Shown in pieces: positions 63,300-64,000 of a stretch of 64,000 nucleotides of DNA. A program made the position numbers and the translations under genes. Position 1 is the first letter of the stretch. Each line of letters starts with the position of its first letter. The notes beneath the pieces are model-generated. The model made no database searches. It saw only the letters and a program-made list of their open reading frames with translations, and was not told the origin of the DNA. Origin of the DNA: Mizuhopecten yessoensis (lineage: Eukaryota); assembly GCF_002113885.1 (NCBI RefSeq), contig NW_018408296.1:191854-255853 (forward strand), given 5' to 3'.

Positions 63300-64000
63300 C
63301 AGGTTTGGTACAAGATGACCGGCGCACTGATAATATGATCATGACGTTTAAGAAGACAAACGTCTGCTGCAGCCAATTAAAGGCAACTTTACCTTCACAT
63401 CTGTCTGCTTCACGTTATTGAGTACGTCATTACCTTAACCATCACGACTGGTGGTGAAGATAACGACTTTTTTTGCAGTCTATAATAGGGTTTTAGAAAG
63501 GACTGATCGAGTGAAACCCAAATCATTGACTTTCTGGATGGTGTAAATGCTAGTCTTCTGTTCATTTTCAGTTTAGTTTGTCCTTGTGACTTGATGAGTG
63601 AACCGTAGATATGACCCTGGTATCGAACCTGGTACTAAACTACAAATACTCTCGCTCAACATTTTTTTTAGTATTAAAAATGAACGGATAACTCTCGCAG
63701 ACCGTTCTGGTTCTCCCACTTACGGTACAATGTGAAACTTTCGAAATGTGATATAAAAGGAAGTTTTTACTGGAGAACAGGTGCATACTCGGTGACTTTT
63801 ATTCATAAAGCGATTGTTACAAGTACTTTCTACATTCATCACTTTAAGGAATTAACATCACAGATAATTATAATCGATGCATACCAGGAATTATTATATG
63901 CTTAAAAATGTCTCGCAATCTTATTGGTCGGATCCTATACACGGGACCAGTCCTCAAAAACTCATATAGACGGGTTATGCTACGTTTACATTATGTTCCC

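Overview
AT-rich eukaryotic genomic DNA from a draft assembly (N-gaps at 27732-28396 and 60575-60617, single Ns at 5687 and 16484). The repeat content (CORE-, Meta- and V-type tRNA SINEs, HINE-like elements, an RTE-X-like LINE) suggests a bivalve mollusc; this is inference. There are no prokaryotic features and no CRISPR array. The only well-supported host coding sequence is the first coding exon of a class A GPCR (+, 29129-29468; N-terminus, TM1 and most of TM2). I found no downstream exon, so the rest of the window may be one large intron. Everything else is a patchwork of minisatellites (26, 30, 45, 103, 30, 41, 20/129 and 40 bp units), SINEs, MITE-type elements with readable target-site duplications, a decayed RTE-X-like LINE (-, about 38.8-42.3 kb) abutting a DIRS-like gag fragment, and a second very decayed LINE near 61.7-62.9 kb. 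Nearly all long ORFs in the track come from tandem repeats, gaps or transposon relics. I found no convincing new multi-gene system. The best leads are: the in-frame ORF1-TAG-ORF2 LINE junction; the DIRS-like/LINE fusion; a Meta-type SINE with a shared 5' leader upstream of its tRNA head; a locally duplicated non-coding block with a near-invariant core; and TIR elements with uncommon 5-bp and 6-bp TSDs. Family names come from remembered motifs and need database confirmation.
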